DNA from: Candidatus Firestoneibacteriota bacterium
GTDB lineage: Bacteria > Oederibacteriota > D2-FULL-39-29 > JBBTED01
Assembly: GCA_038042445.1 (NCBI GenBank)
Contig: JBBTED010000087.1
Coordinates: 1 to 55,773, forward strand
Direction of reading: 5' to 3'
Length of the DNA: 55,773 nt
The position numbers and the translations under genes are program-made. Under the pieces are notes generated by a model. It did not search any database. It was not told the origin of the DNA and worked only from the letters and a program-made list of their open reading frames with translations. Shown here piece by piece: positions 40,316 through 49,806 of this stretch (position 1 is the first letter of the stretch; each line of letters opens with the position of its first letter).

Positions 40316-40437
40316 AATTCAACCCTCCTTTTGGTCAAACAAATTGATTATAATGCTTAATTATAACGATTGAAAAAGGTTTTTGCAATAATAATCATTG
40401 GCGGAAAAAAATAGTTGATAGTTAAGAGCTCAAAATT

Positions 40438-41493
40438 ATGATAAAATATGTTTTACTAATGAAAATAACTGCTAATTATTATAGAATACTTGCAATATTT
40501 ACAGTAGGGTTATTGTTTTCAAATAGCAATCTTTATGCAGAAAGCAAAACATTAAAAAATATGGATAATAAAAAAATAGAAAAAGCGACATTTGCAGCTG
40601 GATGTTTTTGGGGTGTGGAATCCGCTTTCACAAAAATAAGAGGTGTTATATCAACTACAGTTGGATATACGGGTGGTGACAAAAAGAATCCCACTTATGA
40701 GGATGTCTGTTCAGATAAAACAGGCCATACTGAGGCAGTAGAAATTAAATTTGATTCATCTGTAATATCATACGACGAACTTTTAGGTATATTCTGGCAG
40801 ATACATAATCCTACTACAATAAATAAACAAGGAACGGATATAGGCACGCAATATAAGTCGGCAGTCTTCTTCCATAGTAAAGAACAAGAAAATAAAACTA
40901 CGAAAATGAAAGCAAAGTTCGAAAAATTAAAGATATATGAAAAACCTATTGTTACAGAAATTACACCAGCTTTAGAATTTTATGATGCAGAAGAATACCA
41001 CCAGAAGTATTATGAAAAGAAAGGTGTAATTGGATGTGCATTAAACGATATGTCAGAAAAAGTTTTGATTTATAATCATATAACAGGCATAGTTGAAAAA
41101 CATAACAAAATCATTAAAACTGATAAAGAATGGGCTAAAAAATTAACTCCTAAACAATACAGAGTGACAAGACAAAAAGACACAGAAAAACCTTTTGCAA
41201 ATGTATGCGAAATTCCAAAAGAAAAAGGCATTTACCAATGTATTTGCTGTGGAATTGATTTGTTTAATTATGGAGAAAAATTTGAATCCGACACTGGATG
41301 GCCAAGCTTTACTAAACCAATTTCAGAACTTAATGTAAATTACAATGAAGATAACAGTTATAATATGCACAGAGTAGAAGTATTGTGCGCAAAATGCAAT
41401 GCACACTTAGGACATATTTTCGATGATGGTCCTTCTCCTACACATAAAAGATATTGCATAAATTCAATTGCCATTAAATTAGCTGAAAAATAA
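40438..41493 (+). CDS. msrAB: MsrA-MsrB fusion with a predicted signal peptide
   Basis: ATFAAGCFWG, AEEYHQKY; KFES.TGWPSF, HLGHIFDDGP, RYCINS. Confidence 0.92.
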   Translation: MIKYVLLMKITANYYRILAIFTVGLLFSNSNLYAESKTLKNMDNKKIEKATFAAGCFWGVESAFTKIRGVISTTVGYTGGDKKNPTYEDVCSDKTGHTEAVEIKFDSSVISYDELLGIFWQIHNPTTINKQGTDIGTQYKSAVFFHSKEQENKTTKMKAKFEKLKIYEKPIVTEITPALEFYDAEEYHQKYYEKKGVIGCALNDMSEKVLIYNHITGIVEKHNKIIKTDKEWAKKLTPKQYRVTRQKDTEKPFANVCEIPKEKGIYQCICCGIDLFNYGEKFESDTGWPSFTKPISELNVNYNEDNSYNMHRVEVLCAKCNAHLGHIFDDGPSPTHKRYCINSIAIKLAEK

Positions 41494-41509
41494 ATTATAT
41501 TTGTGCGTT

Positions 41510-43435
41510 TTAACTATTGTTCTCCAGTTCTTCAACGTATTTGCCCCAATCTTTAGTGAGAGTTTTAATTCTATCTTCAAGCAATTTGTGCTCTTTAACT
41601 AAATCAATAAATTTATTGCTTTCATAAGTCCCCGGGTCAGCAAGTATTTTATTCAATTCTTCAAACCGAAAAGTAGATTCATTGATATCTTTCTCTGTTT
41701 CTTTAATTTTTTTGTTTATCTCTACAATTTTGTCATCCTGAATGTTCTTTTTGTTTTTAGGTAAAATTGCTATGTGTTTCGTTTTCTCCTTTGTATATGA
41801 TTTTAATGGGATTTTTTGTTCATCTTTGCTTTCCAATTTCTTTTTGTGCAAATAATAATCGTATCCATCTGGATAAATTTTCAGTTCTTTGTTTTCAACT
41901 TCAATAACTCCATTTGCAATTGCTCTTATAAAATAAACATCATGGCTTATAAAACACAATGTGCCTGAATACCCGCTTATTGCTTCTATCAGTACATTCC
42001 GTGAAGGTATATCAAGATGGTTCGTAGGCTCATCCATTAAAAGCAGATTCGGAGGATTGGAAAGTATTTTTGCCATAACTAATCTGCTCTTTTCTCCTCC
42101 ACTCAATACTGACACCTTTTTGTAAACAGCATCGCCTGAAAACAAAAATTTTCCCAGTAATTTTCTAATCTCTGTCTGAGAGTTACTTATGCTTACTTCC
42201 TCAATATTTTTCAGACAAGTAGCATCTGCATTTAAAATATCCAGCCTATGCTGAGGATAATATCCTATAGATACATCATACCCTACAATTCTTTCACCAC
42301 TATCTATGCCCAATACTCCTGCAAGTATTTTCAAAAGAGTGGATTTTCCAGCACCATTTGACCCAACTAACGCAAATTTATTTCCCCTGATTATGTTTAA
42401 ATTTACATTTTGATATACAATATGGTTTCCATAATTTTTATTAATATTTTTCAAGATCATTACTTCTTTTCCGCTGCGCACCGGCTGAGGAAACTGAAAA
42501 TGTATATGCTTCCTCTCTTTTTCAATTGTAATTACTTCCATTTTTTCAATTGCTCTTATCTTGCTCTGTACTGATTTAGCTTTTGAAGCTTTTGCGCGAA
42601 ACCTATCAATAAACACTGTTGCTTTCTTAATCTGTTTTTCCTGATTTTTCAAAGTAGCCATTAAGATTTCTTTTTTCATGTTTTTTTCTTCAATATAATA
42701 ATCATAATTTCCGCTATAACTCACAAGTATTCCGTTGTCAATGTCCACAACTCTTGTTGCAACATGATTAATAAAATCAATATCATGAGAGGTAAATATC
42801 ATAGTCACATTACAAGACAACAGGTATTCCTGAAACCAAAGAAGTGTTTTAAGGTCAAGATGATTGGTAGGTTCGTCCAGCAAAATGAGGTCAGGCATCT
42901 TCAACAACAGCTTTGCCAAAGCAATCCTCATCATCCAGCCTCCGCTAAACTCATCTGTAGCCCTCAAATAATCGCTTTCTTTAAATCCAAGCCCCAGTAA
43001 AATAATTTTTGCTTTATGCTCGTATTCATATCCTCCAAGCTCGTCAAATCTCTCCCTTAATTTTGAATACTCATTTAAAAGCACATCATGATTATTTTGA
43101 TTAGGCATTGACAATTCAGTTTCGATTTCTTCAATTTTGGTTTTGACTTTGTTTATCTCATCAGAATATAGCATTACTTCATTTAATACAGTTAAACCCC
43201 TTATAACATCAATTTCCTGTGGTAAAAACCCAACAGTTGAGCCTTTTTCAATAATTATAGATCCTGATCCTGAATCATAAGATTCAGTTCCTGCAATCAT
43301 TCTGAACAAAGTTGTTTTTCCTGTTCCATTTGCACCTATTAAAGCCACTCTTTCTTTTATATTTAAGTTCAAAGAACATCCGTTAAACAAAACTCTACCA
43401 CCATAACTCTTTTTTAATTCTTTTATTTGAAACAT
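41510..43435 (-). CDS. ABC-F family ATPase
   Basis: Two NBDs (GANGTGKTT/FSGGW/LLDEPTNHLD and GSNGAGKST/LSGGE), no TM segments, C-terminal coiled coil. Confidence 0.92.
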   Translation of the reverse strand: MFQIKELKKSYGGRVLFNGCSLNLNIKERVALIGANGTGKTTLFRMIAGTESYDSGSGSIIIEKGSTVGFLPQEIDVIRGLTVLNEVMLYSDEINKVKTKIEEIETELSMPNQNNHDVLLNEYSKLRERFDELGGYEYEHKAKIILLGLGFKESDYLRATDEFSGGWMMRIALAKLLLKMPDLILLDEPTNHLDLKTLLWFQEYLLSCNVTMIFTSHDIDFINHVATRVVDIDNGILVSYSGNYDYYIEEKNMKKEILMATLKNQEKQIKKATVFIDRFRAKASKAKSVQSKIRAIEKMEVITIEKERKHIHFQFPQPVRSGKEVMILKNINKNYGNHIVYQNVNLNIIRGNKFALVGSNGAGKSTLLKILAGVLGIDSGERIVGYDVSIGYYPQHRLDILNADATCLKNIEEVSISNSQTEIRKLLGKFLFSGDAVYKKVSVLSGGEKSRLVMAKILSNPPNLLLMDEPTNHLDIPSRNVLIEAISGYSGTLCFISHDVYFIRAIANGVIEVENKELKIYPDGYDYYLHKKKLESKDEQKIPLKSYTKEKTKHIAILPKNKKNIQDDKIVEINKKIKETEKDINESTFRFEELNKILADPGTYESNKFIDLVKEHKLLEDRIKTLTKDWGKYVEELENNS

Positions 43436-43578
43436 TTAACCCCTTTTCAATAAAATTATTGTATCTTTAATATATGATTGCATCAAACCATATACAAATG
43501 TTTATTTGAAATAGATGCAACTGTTATATGAAACACATTAAATATTTCTGATTTTTTATTATTTTCTGGCATAAATTT

Positions 43579-44340
43579 TTATACTCCGCTTAGCTGACGA
43601 TTAAGCTCTCTCTCAAGCATAGCAGAAAAAGATTTTACAATTTGATGTTGATCCATAGGTAAAAAAGCTCCTAGTTCTCTCCGAAAATCAATATTTTTTG
43701 CATCTGCCAATATGTTGTTCTTGACTTCGGATAGTTTCTTTTTTTGTTCATTGGAAATCATACCTTTTCGCATCATAAAATAAAGATCATAAAAATCCCG
43801 TGGTTTTTTGCGCTCAAGTAATGCTCCAAAAATTTTTTCTTCCACAATTTCTTTTTGTGGCAAATGAATAATTGTATAGGTGGGCACAAAATTGTTAGCG
43901 ACACTATCTACTTCACCTCTAATATTCTGACTCTTACGAAATGATACATTTATTTCTACGCTAACTGGTGGATGTTCAAACATGTCAAAAGTTGCAACAC
44001 CAAAATATCCACCGCTTGTAGCACCAATTTTATCTCCAAGTTTAACCTTTATATCAGAACGTTCCATTTCTACCAAAACATGAACAAAAAGTCCCTCAAC
44101 AAATGATTTAACCTCATTTTGTGCAACACCAAAAATAGAAAAGTCCAAATCTTCGGAAAAACGCGGGCTATCATATACAATACGTAGTGCCGTTCCGCCC
44201 TTAAAAAGTAATTTTCCGGTATCTGGTAATTTATATAATTCTAATAAAAAAATATGCTGAAAATATTCCCTGACAATATTCGGAAATACTTCCATTTGGT
44301 ATTGTCTACTTAATTTTTCAAGTGTTTCTATTGATATCAT
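43579..44340 (-). CDS. abiEii: AbiEii-family nucleotidyltransferase toxin (type IV TA)
   Basis: FKGGTALR..RFSEDLDF; EK..ALL.R..PRDFYDL. Confidence 0.88.
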   Translation of the reverse strand: MISIETLEKLSRQYQMEVFPNIVREYFQHIFLLELYKLPDTGKLLFKGGTALRIVYDSPRFSEDLDFSIFGVAQNEVKSFVEGLFVHVLVEMERSDIKVKLGDKIGATSGGYFGVATFDMFEHPPVSVEINVSFRKSQNIRGEVDSVANNFVPTYTIIHLPQKEIVEEKIFGALLERKKPRDFYDLYFMMRKGMISNEQKKKLSEVKNNILADAKNIDFRRELGAFLPMDQHQIVKSFSAMLERELNRQLSGV

Positions 44341-44936
44341 TGCAATGTGGTCTTTATTATACTAATAAGTTTTTTATTGCCAAATAATAAAGCATATCTT
44401 GTGGCCTTTGATAGATTAATTTTTTCTTTATCAAAACGAGAAATTGGCTTTTGTCCGTTCAATAGTCGTAAATAATTTGTATCCACAAAAGCTTTTTCAG
44501 CATCAGCAATATAAAAACTTAGACTTTTTTGTTTTTGAACTTCATAACCAGTATAAGCAGCTTTTTTTATTTTGCGGTAAGAAAAAATTTTTCCTAATAT
44601 TTCAAATCTACGCGTAGCTTTAGTAGTTACTGAAGTAATCTCGTAAACAGTCTCTGGAATAACTCCATGATAAGACAAGGCAAATTCTAAAGAAACATAC
44701 GACGGAGCATAAATCTTATTAGCAACATAAACATCTGGTGGTAAAGCGTCCGGAAAAACATAAAATCCTTGTTTAAGCTGTAGTATAAAGCCTCGTTTTT
44801 TATATCTATAAAGCAGAGCAGATGCGGCAACAGCAGACACGCCAAAAAGCAAACGAATATCGTTTGCGCTGAATATGTATAGGTTTTTACCCTTTATTTT
44901 AGCGGCAAAAATTGTCTGATTCACTAATTTGACCAT
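44337..44936 (-). CDS. abiEi: AbiEi-family antitoxin/regulator
   Basis: N-terminal wHTH (L.RY...G.I..LK.G.Y); PSYVSLEFALSYHG.IPE..ITSVT; IADAEKAF.D. Confidence 0.85.
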   Translation of the reverse strand: MVKLVNQTIFAAKIKGKNLYIFSANDIRLLFGVSAVAASALLYRYKKRGFILQLKQGFYVFPDALPPDVYVANKIYAPSYVSLEFALSYHGVIPETVYEITSVTTKATRRFEILGKIFSYRKIKKAAYTGYEVQKQKSLSFYIADAEKAFVDTNYLRLLNGQKPISRFDKEKINLSKATRYALLFGNKKLISIIKTTLQ

Positions 44937-44971
44937 ATTGTCAATTTACCAGAACGCACTAAAAAAGTCAA
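44925..44971 (-). promoter_or_regulatory. Probably leaderless promoter with an operator palindrome
   Basis: TTGACT-17-TAAATT, then 6 nt to the ATG; 24-bp palindrome TAAATTGACAATATGGTCAAATTA (20/24) spans the -10 box and ATG. Confidence 0.65.
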
Positions 44972-45028
44972 TGACATACTGTGTATAACTAACCTATCAA
45001 ATAAGACCTTTATCCTTAAAACTGAATG

Positions 45029-45105
45029 AATTTTGCCATCCTGAATTTTCTCTTTGCTTTTAGGTAAAATTGCTATACGTTTCGTTTTCTACTTTGTATA
45101 TGATT
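45029..45105 (-). repeat. 77-bp direct copy of ABC-F internal segment 41726-41802
   Basis: Ungapped hand alignment, 70/77 identical, offset 3303. Confidence 0.85.
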
Positions 45106-45139
45106 AAATGATGCTACTTATTGAAATGCATATTTTATT

Positions 45140-45949
45140 TTAAATATGTGTTAATGTACCATTGATTTTTGATTTTTTAAGAGCAAAATTAAATGCAAAT
45201 ATACTTAATGGAAGCAAAATAATCAAAAAAATCAAAAGTGCAAATATATCATTTTTAATTTCAAAAATATTATGGCCTTGCAAAAGAGATGCTCTTAAAC
45301 CGTTAAGTGAATATGTTACAGGCAACATATATGAAACATTTTGCAACCAACTTGGCAAAACTGCTATAGGAAAATAAACACCTCCAAAAAGTTCAAAACC
45401 AGTAACAAGAAACCAATTCACAGGACTTCCTCTTTTAAATAGCAATATAAATGCCGCAGACAAAATACCAATTACAAGATAAACAATAGCACTTAATATA
45501 AGCACAGATAAACCTGCAAAAATATTACATTTTGATAAATTTGCGCCGAATATAAATACACCGGCAATTAAATAGATACACACTTCAAAAGAACTATAAA
45601 TAAATTTAAAAACTGAAGATAAAAATGGTAATAAAAAAACTGATACTGGAGATATCAAAAGATATTCAAATGTCCCTTGCGAATTTTCCTCCTGTATTGT
45701 ATTTATAAAATTCGATAAACTTATACCAATAAAATTGGAAAATGCAATACCAATTAATATAAATGAAAAGTAATCACCATTATACTCCAACAGATATCCT
45801 TCAAAAACTTTATTCCCAAATGTTTTTGTAAGAAAGAAAAATATAGCAATTTGAGAAATAACACCAAAAACATCAAATACCGAAGAAAATCTGTAGCTAA
45901 AATGTTTAATGCAATCCCGTTTAAAGAAATTAAAAATTAAATTTGTCAT
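45140..45949 (-). CDS. ABC-2 type permease
   Basis: DYFSFILIG, EE..GTFEYLLISP, GGVYFP..LP.WLQ..LP.TY. Confidence 0.85.
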   Translation of the reverse strand: MTNLIFNFFKRDCIKHFSYRFSSVFDVFGVISQIAIFFFLTKTFGNKVFEGYLLEYNGDYFSFILIGIAFSNFIGISLSNFINTIQEENSQGTFEYLLISPVSVFLLPFLSSVFKFIYSSFEVCIYLIAGVFIFGANLSKCNIFAGLSVLILSAIVYLVIGILSAAFILLFKRGSPVNWFLVTGFELFGGVYFPIAVLPSWLQNVSYMLPVTYSLNGLRASLLQGHNIFEIKNDIFALLIFLIILLPLSIFAFNFALKKSKINGTLTHI

Positions 45950-46614
45950 TTTATAATACCATTATTTAAAACAATAGAATTTGTAGCTAATTTTTCAATT
46001 TCACTTTTATTATGACTCACAAGGACAATTGTTTTTCCCTCTTTTTCTACCAATTCTTCTTTTAGAAATTTATAAAAAGTATCCACAAACTTGAAGTCCA
46101 GACTTCTTGTTGGTTCATCTAATAATAGAATAGACGGATTATGTAAAAGAGCTCTTACAATTGCTAATCTTTGTTTAATGCCTGTTGGAAGCTTTTGGAA
46201 ATTAATATTTATATATGGAAACAGCTCAAAAGAATTTATTAAATATTTTAACCTTTCATTTATCTTACTACTGTGCAAATCATACAAACTGCCAAAAAAC
46301 TGTAGATTCTGCATCCCTGTTAATCTTGGATAAAATCCAAATAATTCGTTATTAACAAGACCTATTAAAGGTTTTATTTTGTCTGGATTTTTTATTATAT
46401 TTATATCATTTATATAAACTTCTCCGAAGTTAGGAAGTATTAAGGTAGCAAGAATCTTTAGAAGTGTAGTTTTACCTGCTCCATTTTCGCCTGTTATTCC
46501 AAATATTTCTTTGGAATTAATTGAAATATTTATATTATTTAAAACAGTAATTTTACCAAAATTTTTTGTGAGATTTTTTATTTGTATCGCAGGCGTCATT
46601 TTCATTAAAAGCAA
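45946..46614 (-). CDS. ABC transporter ATP-binding protein
   Basis: GENGAGKTT, LLLDEPT, VSH; start may be 46605 or 46599. Confidence 0.88.
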   Translation of the reverse strand: MLLMKMTPAIQIKNLTKNFGKITVLNNINISINSKEIFGITGENGAGKTTLLKILATLILPNFGEVYINDINIIKNPDKIKPLIGLVNNELFGFYPRLTGMQNLQFFGSLYDLHSSKINERLKYLINSFELFPYININFQKLPTGIKQRLAIVRALLHNPSILLLDEPTRSLDFKFVDTFYKFLKEELVEKEGKTIVLVSHNKSEIEKLATNSIVLNNGIIK

Positions 46615-46658
46615 ATTCCCCCCTACCCCCTTTAATAAAGGGGGGTAGGGGGGAATTT
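46613..46658. repeat. Full palindromic copy of the CCCCCTTT-AAT-AAAGGGGG repeat (possible terminator or stabiliser after nrdJ)
   Basis: AAATTCCCCCCTACCCCCTTT-AAT-AAAGGGGGGTAGGGGGGAATTT. Confidence 0.7.
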
Positions 46659-48933
46659 ATCCGCATTTGGAATAGCCACAGAAGCGGCAAAGCACACAAT
46701 CTTCAACATATTCTAAAACATTGCTGCAATCAGGACACATTCCTGCTAAATCTTTCGTTCTGGTTTTAATACCTCCGTTTCCATTACCGTTTCCATTTTT
46801 TTTAGTTGAAGGTTCACCATTAGCAAAATATCTTTCTATTGCTTTTGCAATAGCATCAGGACAAGAAAGAACCATATTCCCATTATCCCAAAATGGAGAT
46901 GGACAACGTATTCCTTTAAGTTGTTTTAAAATTGAATCTATATCTACACCAGAGCGAAGTGCAAGTGAAACAAGCCTGCTTGTAGCTTCAGATTGTGAAG
47001 CAGCACATCCACCTGATTTACCCATCTGTGCAAATACTTCACACAATCCTTTTTCATCTTCATTTATAGTTACATACAAACTTCCACACCCTGTTCCAAT
47101 TTTTTGTGTCCTGCCAATAGTTACAGATGGCCTGGGTCTTGGAATTATTTTACCTGCATCAGTTTTTTGTTGTTCTGCATTTTTCTTTGTTGATAAAACC
47201 TGATTTTCTCTGCTTCCATCCCTGTAAACTGTAACACCTTTGCAACCTTCACGATAAGCTAATATAAATACTTCTTTGACATCGTCAATTGTAGCATTTT
47301 TTGAAAAATTTACAGTTTTTGATACAGCATTATCTGTGTTTTTTTGAAACATCGCCTGCATTTTTAAATGCCCTATAGGAGTTATATCATGCGCAGTAAT
47401 GAAAATTTTCTGTATATCTTCAGGAATCTCCTGCATTTCATGAATAGAACCTTTTTCAGCAATTTTTTCCATAAGTCCATTATCCCAAAATCCTCGTTCC
47501 TTCGCAATTTTTTCAAAATAGGAATTCACTTCAATCATTTTAGTATTATCCAAACATGTTCGAATGTACGATATTGCATAAAGTGGTTCTACGCCACTTG
47601 AACAATTAGCTATTATTGAAAGTGTACCTGTAGGAGCTATAGTTGTAGTAGTAGCATTTCTCATTGGAGTGTCATTTTTATTGTAAACACTCAATTGAAA
47701 GTTTTGAAATGACCCTCTTTCTTTTGCTAAATCAATTGATGCATTTTTAGATTCTTTTTCTATAAATCCCATAATTTCACCAGCTAAATTTAAAGCCTCT
47801 TCAGAATTATATGGAACTTTAAGTTGAATAAGCATATCTGCAAATCCCATAACACCTAACCCTATCTTCCTATTACTTCTTGTCATTTTTTCTATTTGTG
47901 GAAGAGGAAAAGCGCTCATTTCTATAACATTGTCCAAAAATCTAACTGCATTATGAATCGTTTTACGCAAATTATCATAATCTACAATTGATACATTGCC
48001 ATCACCTTGCTTAACCATTTTTGCAAGATTAATTGAACCTAAATTGCAAGATTCATAAGGTAAAAGTGGCTGTTCACCACAAGGATTAGTACTTTCTATT
48101 TCTCCAAGCTCTGGAGTAGGATTATCTTTGTTTATCCTGTCAATAAATATGATACCCGGCTCTCCTGTTTTCCATGCGTTTTCAACTATTAAATCAAAGA
48201 TTTCTCTTGCTCTGAGTTTTTTAAACGGCTCTTTAGTTCGTGGATTCATTAAGTCATATTCTTCATCTTTCTGAACAGCTTCCATAAATTTTTCTGTTAT
48301 TGCAACTGAAATATTGAAATTCGTAAATTCAGTTGTATTCTGCTTAGATGTTATAAAATCAATTATATCAGGATGGTCAACTCGCAAAATTCCCATATTT
48401 GCTCCACGACGTGTTCCACCCTGTTTAACTGCCTCTGTAGCCGCATTAAAAACTCTCATAAAAGAAATAGGCCCACTCGCTACACCACCTGTAGTTTGAA
48501 CATTATCGTTTCTGGGTCTTAACCTTGAAAAAGAAAATCCAGTTCCTCCACCGGATTTATGAATTAATGCAGAATGTTTTATTGTTTCAAAAATACCTTC
48601 CATACTGTCTTCTATTGGCAAAACAAAACAAGCAGATAATTGCTGAAGATCCCTACCTGCATTCATAAGAGTAGGCGAATTCGGTAAGAATTCCAGATTA
48701 AACATCATTGTATAAAATACATCTTCCATTTGTTGTAGTTTTTCTGGAGAAATATTATTATCGTATTTTTTTTCTGCCTGCGTTATATTATGCGCAACTC
48801 TTCTAAACATCTCTTCTGGTTCTTCTAAAAGTTTATCACCATCACGTCTTAAGTATCTTTTCTTTAAAACATTTAATGCGTTTTGAGACAAATTCAACAC
48901 CGGTTTTACCATATCATTGGCCATAAATATCAC
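46657..48933 (-). CDS. nrdJ: Class II (B12-dependent) ribonucleotide reductase with TSCPD and Zn-ribbon tail
   Basis: [66 protein letters not shown]. Confidence 0.95.
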   Translation of the reverse strand: MIFMANDMVKPVLNLSQNALNVLKKRYLRRDGDKLLEEPEEMFRRVAHNITQAEKKYDNNISPEKLQQMEDVFYTMMFNLEFLPNSPTLMNAGRDLQQLSACFVLPIEDSMEGIFETIKHSALIHKSGGGTGFSFSRLRPRNDNVQTTGGVASGPISFMRVFNAATEAVKQGGTRRGANMGILRVDHPDIIDFITSKQNTTEFTNFNISVAITEKFMEAVQKDEEYDLMNPRTKEPFKKLRAREIFDLIVENAWKTGEPGIIFIDRINKDNPTPELGEIESTNPCGEQPLLPYESCNLGSINLAKMVKQGDGNVSIVDYDNLRKTIHNAVRFLDNVIEMSAFPLPQIEKMTRSNRKIGLGVMGFADMLIQLKVPYNSEEALNLAGEIMGFIEKESKNASIDLAKERGSFQNFQLSVYNKNDTPMRNATTTTIAPTGTLSIIANCSSGVEPLYAISYIRTCLDNTKMIEVNSYFEKIAKERGFWDNGLMEKIAEKGSIHEMQEIPEDIQKIFITAHDITPIGHLKMQAMFQKNTDNAVSKTVNFSKNATIDDVKEVFILAYREGCKGVTVYRDGSRENQVLSTKKNAEQQKTDAGKIIPRPRPSVTIGRTQKIGTGCGSLYVTINEDEKGLCEVFAQMGKSGGCAASQSEATSRLVSLALRSGVDIDSILKQLKGIRCPSPFWDNGNMVLSCPDAIAKAIERYFANGEPSTKKNGNGNGNGGIKTRTKDLAGMCPDCSNVLEYVEDCVLCRFCGYSKCG

Positions 48934-48993
48934 CTTCTTAGGACATAAGAGGTAAACTTACAAACTTACCTTTAGGGTTAATTATTTCAAACT

Positions 48994-49049
48994 ACACCAT
49001 ATATTGTAGTGCGGTGGTAAATTTACCACTAAATATGGTATCTTGTCAA
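48994..49049 (-). promoter_or_regulatory. Tandem NrdR boxes overlapping the nrdJ promoter
   Basis: ACACCATATATTGTAG (48994) and CCACTAAATATGGTAT (49026), 32 bp apart; TTGACA-18-TAAATT on the minus strand. Confidence 0.8.
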
Positions 49050-49059
49050 GAAAAAGTTA

Positions 49060-49197
49060 AATTTTTTAAAAAATAAACGTAGCATCGCCAAAACCTAAGA
49101 ATCTATAATGGTTTTTAATGGCCTCTTGATATGCTTTCAACAAGAAATCTTTTCCTGCAAATGCACAGGTTAGAAGTAAAACAGTGAATTTTGAAAT
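49060..49197 (-). pseudogene. 138-bp duplicate of the queA 3' end
   Basis: 126/138 identical to 49801-49938, ungapped, stop codon retained. Confidence 0.9.
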
Positions 49198-49215
49198 GGG
49201 ATGAATTATTATGTG

Positions 49216-49515
49216 TTACTTTTTTCGCTTATCAAAAGCTTTAGAAAAATCTTGCTTGGCATGAATTATCGTAAGAATTTCTATTCTATTGGGAGATACT
49301 TCATATATAAGGCGATACGAATAAATAATTAATTCCCGTATGTTTGGATTTCCAATTTCTGGAACTATTCTGCCAATTTTAGAAAATTTAGTTAATCCCT
49401 CAGATTTTTCAATAAATTCCTGAGAAACTTTTGTAGCATAGTATTTAGAATCACACGCTATAAAATCGTGTATACTTTTTAAATCATGCTTTGCTGGAAT
49501 AGACCAAATTACCAT
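49216..49515 (-). CDS. RelE/ParE-family toxin
   Basis: VIWS..A..DL..I..FI; GRIVPE..IRE..YSYRLIY..IEILTIIH. Confidence 0.88.
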   Translation of the reverse strand: MVIWSIPAKHDLKSIHDFIACDSKYYATKVSQEFIEKSEGLTKFSKIGRIVPEIGNPNIRELIIYSYRLIYEVSPNRIEILTIIHAKQDFSKAFDKRKK

Positions 49516-49688
49516 GATTTCAATTCTTCTTTTAGCGATTTGACAGAAATTGTTTTCCCATTCCGAATAGCTTCCTGTCCTTTCTTGATTTTATCAATTA
49601 CATAAAGTCTATACATTATATCATCAATATCTACAGACTCTGGCAATTTTGAAATTGCACTTAATACTTCATCCTTTAAAGTTTCCAT
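49509..49688 (-). CDS. Cognate antitoxin (59 aa, not in the ORF track)
   Basis: METLKDEVLSAISKLPESVDIDDIMYRLYVIDKIKKGQEAIRNGKTISVKSLKEELKSW*; AGGAGG RBS; overlaps the toxin start. Confidence 0.82.
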   Translation of the reverse strand: METLKDEVLSAISKLPESVDIDDIMYRLYVIDKIKKGQEAIRNGKTISVKSLKEELKSW

Positions 49689-49806
49689 ATTTATCCCTCC
49701 TGAAAATATTGCATTTTATTTTTGCATAACACAAAACTCACATTACTAATAAAAATATATCATATACAGTTTTCATTAACAATAAAAACTATATGTGCAA
49801 AATTTT

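Noticed and set aside
40438..41493. Selenocysteine in MsrA/MsrB
   Set aside because: Catalytic positions are ordinary Cys codons, with no in-frame TGA.
46770..46802. NGNGNGNG short repeat in nrdJ
   Set aside because: Low-complexity linker with varied codons; not a mobile or contingency repeat.
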